Of a stretch of 60,900 bases of DNA, positions 36,101 through 46,260 are shown piece after piece. The first letter of the stretch is position 1, and every line of letters begins with the position of its first letter. The notes beneath the pieces are model-generated. The model did not search any database and was not told the origin of the DNA. It worked only from the letters and a program-made list of their open reading frames with translations. This DNA is from Candidatus Avispirillum sp. GTDB lineage: Bacteria; Bacillota; Clostridia; Oscillospirales; CAG-272. Location of the stretch: positions 1 to 60,900 of the forward strand of contig JAZQAS010000130.1 of assembly GCA_045545335.1 (NCBI GenBank). Direction: 5' to 3'. Position numbers and translations under genes: made by a program.

Positions 36101-38317
36101 TTACGGATAAATACCGAGACGGCGCGAGCCGTGCTCGTAGAACTGAGTCATGGGGTTAACGTCATAGATGCATTCTGCGGGGAGCACGTAGGAGTCAACT
36201 GAGGAAATGGGAACGTTGTTTTCCTTTATGTAGTTGTACATCCAGGAGTATCTCTCGCAGTAGAGCCTGCGGTTACCGTTGTTCACGAACCATTCGGTGT
36301 GGAGAGAGGAGAGACCCATAAAGTCGCAGCTGACGATAATTGTGGAAATGCGTCTTCTCTGAGTAGCGTTATGTGCCTTGTTGTAGGCAGAGGTGAGAAG
36401 GCCTCTCATATATTCGTAGTTTTCTCCGAGATATTCGTAGGACATCATATCGCCGGGGCGGTCAAAGTTATTGATAAAGCAGGTACCGCACTGATCTCCC
36501 GCCTCAGTGCACATCTCAATGTATTCAAAGAGCTCGTCAACACCGTCGCCGTAGTAGAAGTAGAGGAACTCGCGAATGATATCGTTGTATTCCTCGTAGG
36601 TCATATCGGGGTTCCAGAGAAGCTTGGAATAAACGTATGCCTTCAGGGCCTCGAAGTTGTTGTCAGCTCCGCCGCCCTCGTAGTAGATACCGGTAACTCC
36701 GCATTCCTCAATGAGATACTTCGTGTTGTAGTAGAGGTTGGGAATGTTGGGGCACCAGGAGAGGTAGTAGTGATAGTTAACGGGGTATACCCAGAACCAT
36801 ATCTCAGCGCCCGTTTCGCGGCAGAGGTTGCCCCAGTAGGTGAGAGCCTCGATATCGTCGTCGTTCTTCATACCGTTGAGCTGGCCGCCCTTTTCGTAGC
36901 ACTCCTCCATACCGAGGATGTGGTTGTGGCAGCTGACTCCGCAGTAGAGGATAACAAGGTTGTCCTCAGGCTTGATGGTCTTGGGGAAGTCCTTTGCGTA
37001 AACGATACCGTAAAGGCGGATGCCGGGGTAATAGTCCTGAATGTCGATAACCGCACGGTTATAAAGGCTGAGGTAAAGACCGGAGTAGCCCTCGACCTTT
37101 GAGATCTTCGTGCAGTTGCGGCAGGTGCAGTAGTTTTGGTTGTCGCAGATGGAGAAGGAGAAAACGGTGAGCCCTTCCTTGTAGTGAAGGTCGTTGCCCC
37201 AGTCCATGGACATAAGGTTGCAGTTGAGCATTCCCTCGAAAAGGGTGTTGTAATCCTTGTTGCTTGTAGCGCAGGGCTGCCAGCTGTAGGGATCGGGGAA
37301 GGTGCCTGAGGCAAATCTTGCGGCGCGAATCTCAGCGTCGGTCATTCCCGTCGTATCCTCGGGAACCTTGCCTGTGCCCATCTTCCAGTATTCGTAGAAG
37401 GAGTGCGCGTTGCTGTAGAGGGGGCCCGTCAGCGCGCCGTATCTCATATCGTCGTAGGCGTAGAGCTGAGTGCCGTTGAGCTTGTGGGCGAAATAGTGCT
37501 GGAAGGCACCGTCGTTGCCGTAGGTCTGGCAGGAGTGGCGGAAGGTGAGACGGGGGCTGTATTCATAAAGGGTGCCCTCGGGAATATCCACGTATCTTGC
37601 CTTATAGAGATAGGTCTCCTCGTTTGAATAGAAGCGGAAGCCGAGATAGTTTTCAAGTATCTCAAAAACGGAGTACATAGTGCCGCGGTACGTACCGTAG
37701 ATAAAGAGGTCTCCGTCCTTGACCTCGTATTTGAGGCCGTCCGTTCCGTATTTCTGACCCTCCTCGGAGAAGAGGTCTATCTGGCGGATGCGGATCATTT
37801 TCTCAGTCGTCTTGTTATCCTCGCCGAAAACGATGGGAAGGTCGATGGCAGTAGCCTTCTCAACGTACTTTTTAAGGTTGAGCGCGGCAAAGTAAGAGTT
37901 GTCGTTGTCCGTTGCATCAGCGTTCAGAACGATAGAGTAGCTTGAAATGGGGTTGCCTCCGACGGTAAGGCTGTAGACCTGTACCTGTCTGCCGTTCACG
38001 GTTTCAAAATCAGCAGCAGTTTTTGCGCCCGAGAGGATGAGCTTTAAGGAATAGGAGTCCTTTGCGCCCGCGTCGCGGTCAGCGTCAAGGTCCGCCGCCT
38101 CAAGGTCTATCTCATATCCGTCAAGACCTGCAACGTGGGCCTTTAAGGAAAGAGCGTCCTTTCCGTCAACAGCTCCGTCGCCGTTCACGTCTCCAAGCTG
38201 AAAGCCCTCGTCGTAAACGAATTTCTGACTGAGCCTGAAATCGTAGAGAGCAAAAGCGGAAACGGTCATTGAAAGAAGCATGGTGACCGTGATAATTAAA
38301 GCAATTATCTTTTTCAT
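36101..38317 (-). CDS. Secreted dockerin-containing protein, DUF4838-like putative glycoside hydrolase
   Basis: It has a signal peptide and a two-segment dockerin (GDVNGDGAVDGKDALSLK; DLDADRDAGAKDSYSLK). A conserved Cys cluster FSICDNQNYCTCRNC is present. The DUF4838 assignment is from memory. Confidence 0.75.
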   Translation of the reverse strand: MKKIIALIITVTMLLSMTVSAFALYDFRLSQKFVYDEGFQLGDVNGDGAVDGKDALSLKAHVAGLDGYEIDLEAADLDADRDAGAKDSYSLKLILSGAKTAADFETVNGRQVQVYSLTVGGNPISSYSIVLNADATDNDNSYFAALNLKKYVEKATAIDLPIVFGEDNKTTEKMIRIRQIDLFSEEGQKYGTDGLKYEVKDGDLFIYGTYRGTMYSVFEILENYLGFRFYSNEETYLYKARYVDIPEGTLYEYSPRLTFRHSCQTYGNDGAFQHYFAHKLNGTQLYAYDDMRYGALTGPLYSNAHSFYEYWKMGTGKVPEDTTGMTDAEIRAARFASGTFPDPYSWQPCATSNKDYNTLFEGMLNCNLMSMDWGNDLHYKEGLTVFSFSICDNQNYCTCRNCTKISKVEGYSGLYLSLYNRAVIDIQDYYPGIRLYGIVYAKDFPKTIKPEDNLVILYCGVSCHNHILGMEECYEKGGQLNGMKNDDDIEALTYWGNLCRETGAEIWFWVYPVNYHYYLSWCPNIPNLYYNTKYLIEECGVTGIYYEGGGADNNFEALKAYVYSKLLWNPDMTYEEYNDIIREFLYFYYGDGVDELFEYIEMCTEAGDQCGTCFINNFDRPGDMMSYEYLGENYEYMRGLLTSAYNKAHNATQRRRISTIIVSCDFMGLSSLHTEWFVNNGNRRLYCERYSWMYNYIKENNVPISSVDSYVLPAECIYDVNPMTQFYEHGSRRLGIYP

Positions 38318-38528
38318 ATCATTTCTCCTTTTGCAGAGTATTTTTCATAATTTGATTTTATCAAAGTTTTCTTATAATATCAATACGGAATCTGTTATTT
38401 TTTATGCGATTGTTTAAATATTATCGTTGTTTTTTGAAAAAGTGTTGTGCATAAATGATAAAAATTATTGAACGGTGAGATAAATTATGGTATCATTAAG
38501 CTGTAAAATATGAAAGCGAGGCAAAAAG

Positions 38529-40739
38529 ATGAAAAGAATCATAGCGGCGGTCATATTTTCGGCAATGCTGTTCACCTCTCTTGCAGGTACGGTGTCTGCC
38601 CTTGATCTGCCATTTGTTCAGGATTTTGAAATGGACGAGACCTTCATCCTCGGCGACGTAAACGGCGATAAGTCGGTGGATGGCAAGGATGCTCTTTCCT
38701 TAAAGGCGTTCGTTGCAGGCCTTGAGGGCTATGAGGTGGAGCTTGATGCGGCAGACTTTGATGCTGATAGCGATGCAAGCGCAAAGGACTCCTATTCCTT
38801 AAAGCTCATCCTCTCAGGAGCTAAAACTGCCGCCGATTTTGAGAATGGCGAGCAGATATATAAGCTGACCATCGGCGGCAACGATATAAAGGAATATTGC
38901 GTGGTTCTCCCCGAGGGAACGAGCGAGGATTCAAATATTCAGTTTGCATATCTCAATCTTGTTCAGTATATCGAAAAGGCAACGGGCTATCGCATTCCCA
39001 TGTGCTACGGCGCCCCCACAACTGAGAAGGCCATATATTTCAATCATATAGACCTTTGGAGCGAGGAAGGTCAGCGCCTTGGCGTTGAGGGCCTGAGATA
39101 TGAGGTGCGTGACGGAAACCTTTGCGTTTGGGGAACCTATCGCGGCAATGCATACGCAGTATTTGATATTCTTGAAAAGTATATCGGTGTGCGCTTTTTG
39201 TCAAATACCGCTACCTTTATCTTTAAGTCAAGATGCGTGGATATCCCCGAGGGGCTTTTTGTTGAGTATATCCCTAAGATCACCTTCCGCTATGCAGGCC
39301 AGACCTACGGCGGTGGCGACAGCGTAAAATACCATTATTATCCCCATAAGCTGAACGGCTCTCAGCTTTATCAGTACGATTCTCCCTTCTACGGAACAAA
39401 AACGGGCCCCGAATTCATCAATGCCCATTCCTTCGGCTATTATTGGGCGATGGGAACGGGAACGATGCCCGATGAGAGCTACGGCACTCTCTCCGAGAGA
39501 TATCAGTACAAGCACGACTCAGGCGAGATCGTTGATGAATATAAGTGGAACCCCTGCGCGACTGATAAAAAGGTATACGATATCATCTTCTCGGGACTCA
39601 TAGATACCACCCTTATGGTTATGAGCTGGGGAAGAGTATACCGCTTTGAGGAGGACCTGAGCGCAATGTCCTTCTCCATTTGCGATAATCAGAATTATTG
39701 CAGCTGCCGCTACTGCGCAAAGACGGCTGTGAAAGAAAAGGAGGGCTATTCGGGCCTCTACGTGCAGATGACCAATAAGGCCTGCGATGACGTGCAGGCA
39801 TATTTCCCCGGCTGCAAGCTTTATATGATCCTCTACGATCATACCATCCCCGCCACCATCAAGCCCCACGATAAGATAATCCTTATGTATTGCGGAACGG
39901 GCTGTGATAATCATATCCTCGGTATGGAGGAGTGCTATGAGAAGGGCGGACAGCTCAATCATTCAAGCAATAAGGGAGATATAACGGCGCTTCCCGCCTG
40001 GGGCGAGCTTTGCCGCGAAACGGGAGCGGAGCTTTGGTTCTGGGTCTATGCGGTCACCTATCACTATTATATGATAGGCTGTCCCAATATCCCCAATATC
40101 TATTACAATCTCAAATGGATGATAGATAATGCAAACGTAACGGGCGTGTATTACGAGGGCGGCGGACGCACCTATAATTTCGAGACCTTGAAGGCTTACC
40201 TTGCAGTCAAGCTTATGTGGGAGCCTCATATGACCTACGATGAGTTCGTGGGGCACGCAAAGGAATATCTCTATATGTGGTATGGCGACGGCTATGAGGA
40301 GCTTTGGGAGTATATCCTTATGCAGACCGAAGCGGGAGATCAGTGCGGCACCTGCTTTATCAATAACTTCGACCGTCCCGGCGATATGTATTCCTACGAA
40401 TATATGGGCGAAAACTATGAGTATATGAGAGGCCTTCTCGTGTCGGCCTATGAGAAAACGAAGAATAACGCTCAGGAAAACAGGGTCAATACCCTCATCG
40501 TATCCTGCGACTTTATGGGCCTTTCCTCTCTCCATACGGATTGGTACTTAAACGGAGATACCGAATCAAGACAGCTTTATATGGAGCGCTACCTCTGGAT
40601 GCATACCTATATAAAGAACCATAACCTGAGAATATTCAGGGATAATACTTACCTGTTCCCCGAGACTGTTGATTATGAGACCAATCCCATGATCCAGTTC
40701 TACGAGCACGGCTCACGCCGTCTCGGTATTTATCCTTAA
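38529..40739 (+). CDS. Secreted dockerin-containing protein, DUF4838-like (paralog, divergent orientation)
   Basis: It is collinear with 36101-38317 over its full length and has the same Cys cluster (FSICDNQNYCSCRYC). The C-terminus is identical: QFYEHGSRRLGIYP. Confidence 0.75.
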   Translation: MKRIIAAVIFSAMLFTSLAGTVSALDLPFVQDFEMDETFILGDVNGDKSVDGKDALSLKAFVAGLEGYEVELDAADFDADSDASAKDSYSLKLILSGAKTAADFENGEQIYKLTIGGNDIKEYCVVLPEGTSEDSNIQFAYLNLVQYIEKATGYRIPMCYGAPTTEKAIYFNHIDLWSEEGQRLGVEGLRYEVRDGNLCVWGTYRGNAYAVFDILEKYIGVRFLSNTATFIFKSRCVDIPEGLFVEYIPKITFRYAGQTYGGGDSVKYHYYPHKLNGSQLYQYDSPFYGTKTGPEFINAHSFGYYWAMGTGTMPDESYGTLSERYQYKHDSGEIVDEYKWNPCATDKKVYDIIFSGLIDTTLMVMSWGRVYRFEEDLSAMSFSICDNQNYCSCRYCAKTAVKEKEGYSGLYVQMTNKACDDVQAYFPGCKLYMILYDHTIPATIKPHDKIILMYCGTGCDNHILGMEECYEKGGQLNHSSNKGDITALPAWGELCRETGAELWFWVYAVTYHYYMIGCPNIPNIYYNLKWMIDNANVTGVYYEGGGRTYNFETLKAYLAVKLMWEPHMTYDEFVGHAKEYLYMWYGDGYEELWEYILMQTEAGDQCGTCFINNFDRPGDMYSYEYMGENYEYMRGLLVSAYEKTKNNAQENRVNTLIVSCDFMGLSSLHTDWYLNGDTESRQLYMERYLWMHTYIKNHNLRIFRDNTYLFPETVDYETNPMIQFYEHGSRRLGIYP

Positions 40740-40763
40740 TAACAAAAGCCACCCGAAATAACA

Positions 40764-40796
40764 AAATCCACCCGAATTTTTTCGGGTGGATTTTTT
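40764..40796. terminator. Bidirectional terminator
   Basis: AAAATCCACCCGAA-tttt-TTCGGGTGGATTTT between convergent genes. Confidence 0.8.
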
Positions 40797-41436
40797 ATAG
40801 AGATAAATTTTTTATTTCAAATCCGTTCCAGGGAGAATCGGGAAGATCGGTAAAGGTCAGGCGCTTTTTTGTAAATGGATGGGTAAAGGCGAGAGAGAAG
40901 CAGTGGAGGCAAAGGGGCATATTGTCCCGTGAGCCGTATTTTCCGTCGCCGCAAAGAGGCATCCTTCTGCTTGCAAACTGAACTCTTATCTGATGGGTGC
41001 GCCCCGTGTGGAGAGTCACTCTGACGAGAGAGAGCCCGTCTTCGCTTTTCAGGGTCTCGTAGTCAAGCAGAGCCTCCTTAACGCCGTTTCTCTGTCTGTC
41101 AACGACGTAGGCCTTGTTCTTTTTCCTGTCGTGAAAGAGAAGGTCGCGCATCTCGCCCGCTCCCGCGTCGGGGGAGTGAACGATGGCGAGATACTGCTTT
41201 TTGCAGTCCTCTGCGCTGAGAGAGGCGCTGAGCTTTCCGGCCGCCTGAGAGGTTTTTGCATAGACCATAACGCCTGCCGTTGCCGTGTCAAGCCGATGGA
41301 CGCAGAAAACATCGCCGTGTCCCTCTTCTCTAAGGAGAGATATCATATCGGGTCTGCCCGATGGGTCCGCCTGAGAGGCAACTCCCGGGGGCTTTGAGGC
41401 AACGATGAGATATTTGTCTTCGTAAAGTATCTTCAT
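40795..41436 (-). CDS. RluA-family pseudouridine synthase (short form)
   Basis: The catalytic motif HRLDTATAGVMVYAKT is present. 213 aa. Confidence 0.8.
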   Translation of the reverse strand: MKILYEDKYLIVASKPPGVASQADPSGRPDMISLLREEGHGDVFCVHRLDTATAGVMVYAKTSQAAGKLSASLSAEDCKKQYLAIVHSPDAGAGEMRDLLFHDRKKNKAYVVDRQRNGVKEALLDYETLKSEDGLSLVRVTLHTGRTHQIRVQFASRRMPLCGDGKYGSRDNMPLCLHCFSLAFTHPFTKKRLTFTDLPDSPWNGFEIKNLSL

Positions 41437-41504
41437 ATATACCCGCCTTGATAGGTGATCGCAAAAAGCAGGAGGGTGCGCCCGTCCTGCTTTTGCATAG
41501 ATGA

Positions 41505-42659
41505 TTATTTAACGAGAACTCTGATAATACCGTCAACTGCGGCGATATCAGCGATCTGCTCGGCGGTAACAGCCTTTGAGCAGTCAAGGAGAGCGCAGGC
41601 GTAATTGCCCTTGGAGCGGCTCGCCATGTTCTCAATGTTGATGCCGTCGGCAGAGAGAACTCCCGTGATCTTGGAGAGCATCTCGGGCTGATTCTTGTGG
41701 AGTACCACAAGTCTTGCCTCGCCGCTGCGGGGCATGGAAACTGCGGGGAAGTTTACGCTGTTCTTGATGTTACCGTTCTCAAGGTAATCGCAGAGCTGCT
41801 CGGCTGCCATAACGGCGCAGTTGTCCTCGCTCTCAGCGGTGGAAGCGCCGAGGTGAGGGATAGTGATGATGCCGGGGCAGTTGATGGTCTCCTCTGTGGG
41901 GAAGTCGGTAACGTAGCTTGCAACCTTGCCGGAGGCGATAGCCGCCTTCATATCGGCCGCGTTAACAAGGTCAGCGCGGGAGAGGTTGATGATGCGAACG
42001 CCGTCCTTCATCATAGCGAGGGTCTCAGCGTTGATCATATTCTTCGTAGAGGGAGTGGAGGGCACGTGAAGAGTGATGTAGTCGCAGCTCTTGTAGATGT
42101 CCTCGTAGCTTGCGGCGGAGTGGATCTTTCTGGAAAGACGCCAAGCAGCCTCAACTGTCATATAGGGGTCGCAGCCGAGAACGTCCATACCCATATCCTC
42201 AGCGGCGTTTGCAACGAGGCCGCCGATAGCTCCGAGGCCGATAACGCCAAGGCGCTTGCCCTTGATCTCGCAGCCTGCAAAGGCGCTCTTGCCCTTTTCA
42301 ACGCTCTTTGCAACGTCGCTCTCAAGGGTGCCCGCCCACTTGATACCGCCAACGATATCGCGGGAGGCAAGGAGGAGAGCCGCAATGCAAAGCTCCTTAA
42401 CGCCGTTTGCGTTAGCTCCGGGAGTGTTGAAAACTACGATACCGTTGTCAGCGCAACGGTCAAGGGGAATGTTGTTAACGCCGGCGCCTGCTCTTGCAAT
42501 AGCCTCAAGAGAGCCTTCGAACTCCATATCGTGCATGGAAGCGCTTCTGACCATAATGGCCGCGGCGCCCTCGGCGTCTGCGGATACCGCGTAGGTATCC
42601 TTGTCAAAAATATCTGTGCCGCAAGGGGCGATCTTGTTGAGAAGTTTAATGTTTTTCAT
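41505..42659 (-). CDS. serA: D-3-phosphoglycerate dehydrogenase with C-terminal ACT domain
   Basis: The NAD-binding motif is GVIGLGAIGGLVA. It belongs to the D-2-hydroxyacid dehydrogenase family and sits adjacent to serC. Confidence 0.88.
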   Translation of the reverse strand: MKNIKLLNKIAPCGTDIFDKDTYAVSADAEGAAAIMVRSASMHDMEFEGSLEAIARAGAGVNNIPLDRCADNGIVVFNTPGANANGVKELCIAALLLASRDIVGGIKWAGTLESDVAKSVEKGKSAFAGCEIKGKRLGVIGLGAIGGLVANAAEDMGMDVLGCDPYMTVEAAWRLSRKIHSAASYEDIYKSCDYITLHVPSTPSTKNMINAETLAMMKDGVRIINLSRADLVNAADMKAAIASGKVASYVTDFPTEETINCPGIITIPHLGASTAESEDNCAVMAAEQLCDYLENGNIKNSVNFPAVSMPRSGEARLVVLHKNQPEMLSKITGVLSADGINIENMASRSKGNYACALLDCSKAVTAEQIADIAAVDGIIRVLVK

Positions 42660-42674
42660 AGCAATACCTTGGAT

Positions 42675-43760
42675 TTATGCTTTGGGGTTTTCCTCTGCAA
42701 ATTTTTTCATAAATGCGATGAGGGCCTCGATACCCTCGTAGGGCATAGCGTTGTAGATGGATGCGCGCATACCGCCCACGGAGCGGTGGCCCTTAAGATT
42801 TTTGAGACCTGCGTCTCCCGCTTCCTTGGCAAACTTCTTGTCAAGGTCTGCGTCGCCTGTAACGAAGGTAACGTTCATCATAGAGCGGTGGTCCTTCTTA
42901 ACGGGTGCGATGTAGTAATCCTGAGAGTCAAGATAATCGTAGAGGAGAGCGGCCTTTTTCTCGTTGAGCGCCTTCATGGCGGAAAGTCCGCCGAGAGACT
43001 CGATCCACTCGTAAACCAGCTTTGCGATGTAGATGGAGTAGCAGGGAGGCGTGTTGTACATAGAGCCGTTGTCAGCCATGTTCTTCCAGTCGAGCATAGC
43101 GGGTGTTTCGGGGCGGGCATAGCCGATAAGGTCCTCGCGAACGATGACCACGGTAACGCCTGCGGGGGCCATATTCTTCTGAGCGCCTGCGTAGATAACG
43201 CCGAATTTTGAAACGTCAACGGGCTCGGAGATGATGCAGGAGGACATATCCGCAACGAGGGGGATGTCGCCCGTGTCGGGGATGTAGTTGTATTTCGTGC
43301 CGTATATGGTGTTGTTAAAGCAGATGTGAACGTAGTCAGCATCGGGGCGGAAAGCGCTCTTGTCAACTACGGGGATTTCGGAGAAGTTAGCGTCCTTTGA
43401 GGAAGCAACCGCAACTACGTCGCCGTACTTCTGAGCCTCCTTGTAAGCCTTTGTGGAGAACTGACCTGAGAGGATGTAATCTGCCTTGCCGTTCTTCATG
43501 AGATTAAGGGGAACGCAGGCAAACTGAGTGGAAGCGCCGCCCTGCATGAAGAGTACCTTGTAATTGTCGGGTATGTTCATCAGAGCTCTGAGGCCGCTTT
43601 CAGCCGCAGTTATAATTTCCTCATAGGCAGGGGAGCGGTGGCTCATCTCCATAACGGACATGCCGCTGTCACCGTAACATACCAGTTCACTTGCTGCTTT
43701 TTCGAGTACAGGCAGGGGCAGCATAGAGGGGCCTGCTGAGAAATTGAATACTCTGTTCAT
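42675..43760 (-). CDS. serC: Phosphoserine aminotransferase
   Basis: The product starts MNRVFNFSAGPSMLP. The start was trimmed from the ORF-track 43841 to ATG 43760. It belongs to the class V aminotransferase family. Confidence 0.92.
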   Translation of the reverse strand: MNRVFNFSAGPSMLPLPVLEKAASELVCYGDSGMSVMEMSHRSPAYEEIITAAESGLRALMNIPDNYKVLFMQGGASTQFACVPLNLMKNGKADYILSGQFSTKAYKEAQKYGDVVAVASSKDANFSEIPVVDKSAFRPDADYVHICFNNTIYGTKYNYIPDTGDIPLVADMSSCIISEPVDVSKFGVIYAGAQKNMAPAGVTVVIVREDLIGYARPETPAMLDWKNMADNGSMYNTPPCYSIYIAKLVYEWIESLGGLSAMKALNEKKAALLYDYLDSQDYYIAPVKKDHRSMMNVTFVTGDADLDKKFAKEAGDAGLKNLKGHRSVGGMRASIYNAMPYEGIEALIAFMKKFAEENPKA

Positions 43761-43812
43761 TGCTAAAAACCTTTCTTGGAAAAAATTATTTTGTAAAAAA
43801 TAATTACTTAAA

Positions 43813-43841
43813 ATTATAAACCCATTTGCGACGGGTGTCAA
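43813..43841 (-). promoter_or_regulatory. Consensus sigma-A promoter for serC-serA
   Basis: On the minus strand: TTGACA, 17-nt spacer, TATAAT. Confidence 0.65.
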
Positions 43842-43905
43842 GGCTTTTTCTTTGTTTCCTATGTAAATAAAGATGCCTCATATTCATATAATTTGTACAA
43901 AGGAC

Positions 43906-43934
43906 TTGACAGTTATAACGCTTAGAGGTATAAT
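43906..43934 (+). promoter_or_regulatory. Consensus sigma-A promoter for the NahK-like genes
   Basis: TTGACA, 17-nt spacer, TATAAT, about 80 nt upstream of ATG 44017. Confidence 0.65.
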
Positions 43935-44016
43935 ATAATGAACTGTAATATTTTGTCGCAGACTGTGCTCTGCGAAAGAAAAAACGATAAATCAAAATAA
44001 AAATTCGGAGGCAATT

Positions 44017-45111
44017 ATGGCAGTAAAGTTTCTCGAGGCGGCAGGCGCCGCATTTGCGTTTGCGGCAGACCCTGTGAACTATGAGAGATGTGATATCGGA
44101 CATATCAACGACACGTACTTTGTAGATTGCGGCGAGGGCAATCCCCGCTATCTTCTCCAGAGAGTAAATACAAGCATCTTCAAGGACCCCATCAAGCTTA
44201 TGGAGAATATGAAGGGCGTATGCACACACGTAGCAAAGAAGGTTTGCGAGGCAGGCGGCGATACAGACCGCGAGGTAAGAAAGATCATCTTCACAAAGAC
44301 GGGAGAGGATTATTTCGTAGACCCCGACGGATGCTATTGGAGAGCCTTTCTTGAGATCGATAACGTAGTTTCCTATAATTCCCCCGATTCTCCCGAGCTT
44401 TTCTATAAGAGCGCGGTAGCCTTCGGTAAGTTCTTCAATCAGCTTGCAGACTATCCTGCAGAAACTCTCCACGAGACCATCCCCAATTTCCATAACTCCG
44501 TAAGCCGTATGAACGATTTCAAGGCGGCAGTAGCTGAGGATAAGATGGGCCGTGCCTCTGAGATGAAGGAAGAGATCGAGTTTGCTCTTTCCAAGGAGCC
44601 CCAGTGCTCTTATATCCTTGACAGACTGGCAGACGGCCGCTTCAAGCTTTGCGTAACTCATAACGACACAAAGCTCAATAACGTTCTTATGGACGCTGAG
44701 AGCGGCGAGGGCGTATGCATCATCGACCTTGATACCGTAATGCCCGGAAGCGTTCTTTACGACTTTGGCGATGCTATCCGCTTCGGCGCATCCAGCGCTG
44801 CAGAGGACGAGACCGACCTTGATAAGGTATACGTAGATCTTGAGATGTTCGAGACCTTCGTAAAGGGCTTCGTCGGCGAGCTTCACGATTCCATGACCGA
44901 GGATGAGATCCTCTCACTTCCCATGGGCGCATATCTTATGACTCTTGAAACAGGTATCCGCTTCCTCGGCGACTACCTGAACGGAGACGTATATTTCCAT
45001 ATCCGCTATCCCGAGCATAACCGCGACCGCGCGAGAAACCAGCTCAAGCTTATCGCAGATATGGATAAGAAGATGGCAGAAATGCAGGAGATCGTAAAGA
45101 AGTATCTCTGA
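44017..45111 (+). CDS. nahK: N-acetylhexosamine 1-kinase-like phosphotransferase (APH/NahK family)
   Basis: It is collinear with my recollection of Bifidobacterium NahK: HINDTY, RVTHNDTKLNNVLMD, IIDLDTVMPGSVLYDFGDAIRFGASS and YPEHN. Confidence 0.7.
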   Translation: MAVKFLEAAGAAFAFAADPVNYERCDIGHINDTYFVDCGEGNPRYLLQRVNTSIFKDPIKLMENMKGVCTHVAKKVCEAGGDTDREVRKIIFTKTGEDYFVDPDGCYWRAFLEIDNVVSYNSPDSPELFYKSAVAFGKFFNQLADYPAETLHETIPNFHNSVSRMNDFKAAVAEDKMGRASEMKEEIEFALSKEPQCSYILDRLADGRFKLCVTHNDTKLNNVLMDAESGEGVCIIDLDTVMPGSVLYDFGDAIRFGASSAAEDETDLDKVYVDLEMFETFVKGFVGELHDSMTEDEILSLPMGAYLMTLETGIRFLGDYLNGDVYFHIRYPEHNRDRARNQLKLIADMDKKMAEMQEIVKKYL

Positions 45112-45142
45112 TAAAGAAGATAAAATCCGAACGGAGACCGTT

Positions 45143-46237
45143 ATGGAAGTAAAATATCTTGATCTGGCAGGAGCGGCATTTGAGTTTGCCGCTCCTCCCG
45201 TCAGTTTTAAAAGGTGCAGCGCAGGTCATATAAGCTATACCTTTTTTGTTGATTGCGGAGAGGGAAATCCCGAGTATATCCTTCAGAAGCTGAACACTGA
45301 GATATTCAGCGATCCCGAGGCCCTCATGTCCAATATCAAGGGCGTATGCGCCCATATGGCAAAAAAGGTCAAAAAAGAGGGGGGCGACCCTCTCAGAGAA
45401 GTGAGAACAGTGATCACCACCAAGGACGGAGAGGATTATTTCGTAGACCCTGAGGGCGGATACTGGAGAGCATTTCTCGGAATAGATAACGTAATATCCT
45501 ATGAGCATCCCGAGTCGGCAGAGATATTTTATGAGAGCGCCGTGGCATTTGCAAGATTTGCCCGCCGCCTTAGCGATTATCCCGCAAAGAGCCTGTATGA
45601 GATCATCCCCGATTTTCATAATACGAAAAAGAGGATGGAGGATTTCAAGGCCGCGGTAGAGAGGGATAAGCTGGGCCGTGCCCGCGAGGTCGCCGCAGAG
45701 ATAGATTTTGCTCTCTCAAAGGAGCCTATGTGCGGTTATATAACGGACGGACTTGCCATGGGCCGCTTCAAAACGAGAGTCACCCATAACGATACAAAGA
45801 TAAGCAACGTGCTTATGGATAAGGAGAGCGGCCGCGGCATCTGCATTATCGACCTTGATATAGTAATGCCGGGAAGCCTGCTTTACGATTTCGGCGATGC
45901 TATCCGCGTGGGCGCGTCAACTGCCCCCGAGGATGAGAAGGAGCTTTCAAAGATCGGACTTGACCTTCATATGTTCGAGGCCTTCGTTCGCGGATTTGTT
46001 GAAGAGCTTTCAGGCCATATCACCGAGGAGGAGATACTGTCTCTTCCCATGGGCGCCTATCTTATGACCCTTGAAACGGGTATCCGTTTCCTTGGCGATT
46101 ATCTTGATGGCGACGTTTATTATCATATCTCCTATCCCGAGCATAACCGCGACCGTGCAAGAAACCAGCTTTGCCTCCTTTCCGATATGGGAGCAAAGAT
46201 CGGCGCAATGCAGGAAATAGTAAGAAAGTATATCTGA
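45143..46237 (+). CDS. nahK: N-acetylhexosamine 1-kinase-like phosphotransferase (tandem paralog)
   Basis: It has the same length (364 aa) and motifs (HNDTKISNVLMD, IIDLDIVMPGSLLYDFGDAIRVGAST). Confidence 0.7.
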   Translation: MEVKYLDLAGAAFEFAAPPVSFKRCSAGHISYTFFVDCGEGNPEYILQKLNTEIFSDPEALMSNIKGVCAHMAKKVKKEGGDPLREVRTVITTKDGEDYFVDPEGGYWRAFLGIDNVISYEHPESAEIFYESAVAFARFARRLSDYPAKSLYEIIPDFHNTKKRMEDFKAAVERDKLGRAREVAAEIDFALSKEPMCGYITDGLAMGRFKTRVTHNDTKISNVLMDKESGRGICIIDLDIVMPGSLLYDFGDAIRVGASTAPEDEKELSKIGLDLHMFEAFVRGFVEELSGHITEEEILSLPMGAYLMTLETGIRFLGDYLDGDVYYHISYPEHNRDRARNQLCLLSDMGAKIGAMQEIVRKYI

Positions 46238-46260
46238 TAAAATAAAAGGAGGAATTGCAG

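Noticed and set aside
43761-44016. I looked for a T-box, riboswitch or attenuator in the serC-serA and NahK leaders.
   Set aside because: Only two divergent consensus promoters and one small hairpin (TCGCAGA..TCTGCGA) are visible. There are no specifier or T-box motifs and no terminator/antiterminator pair.
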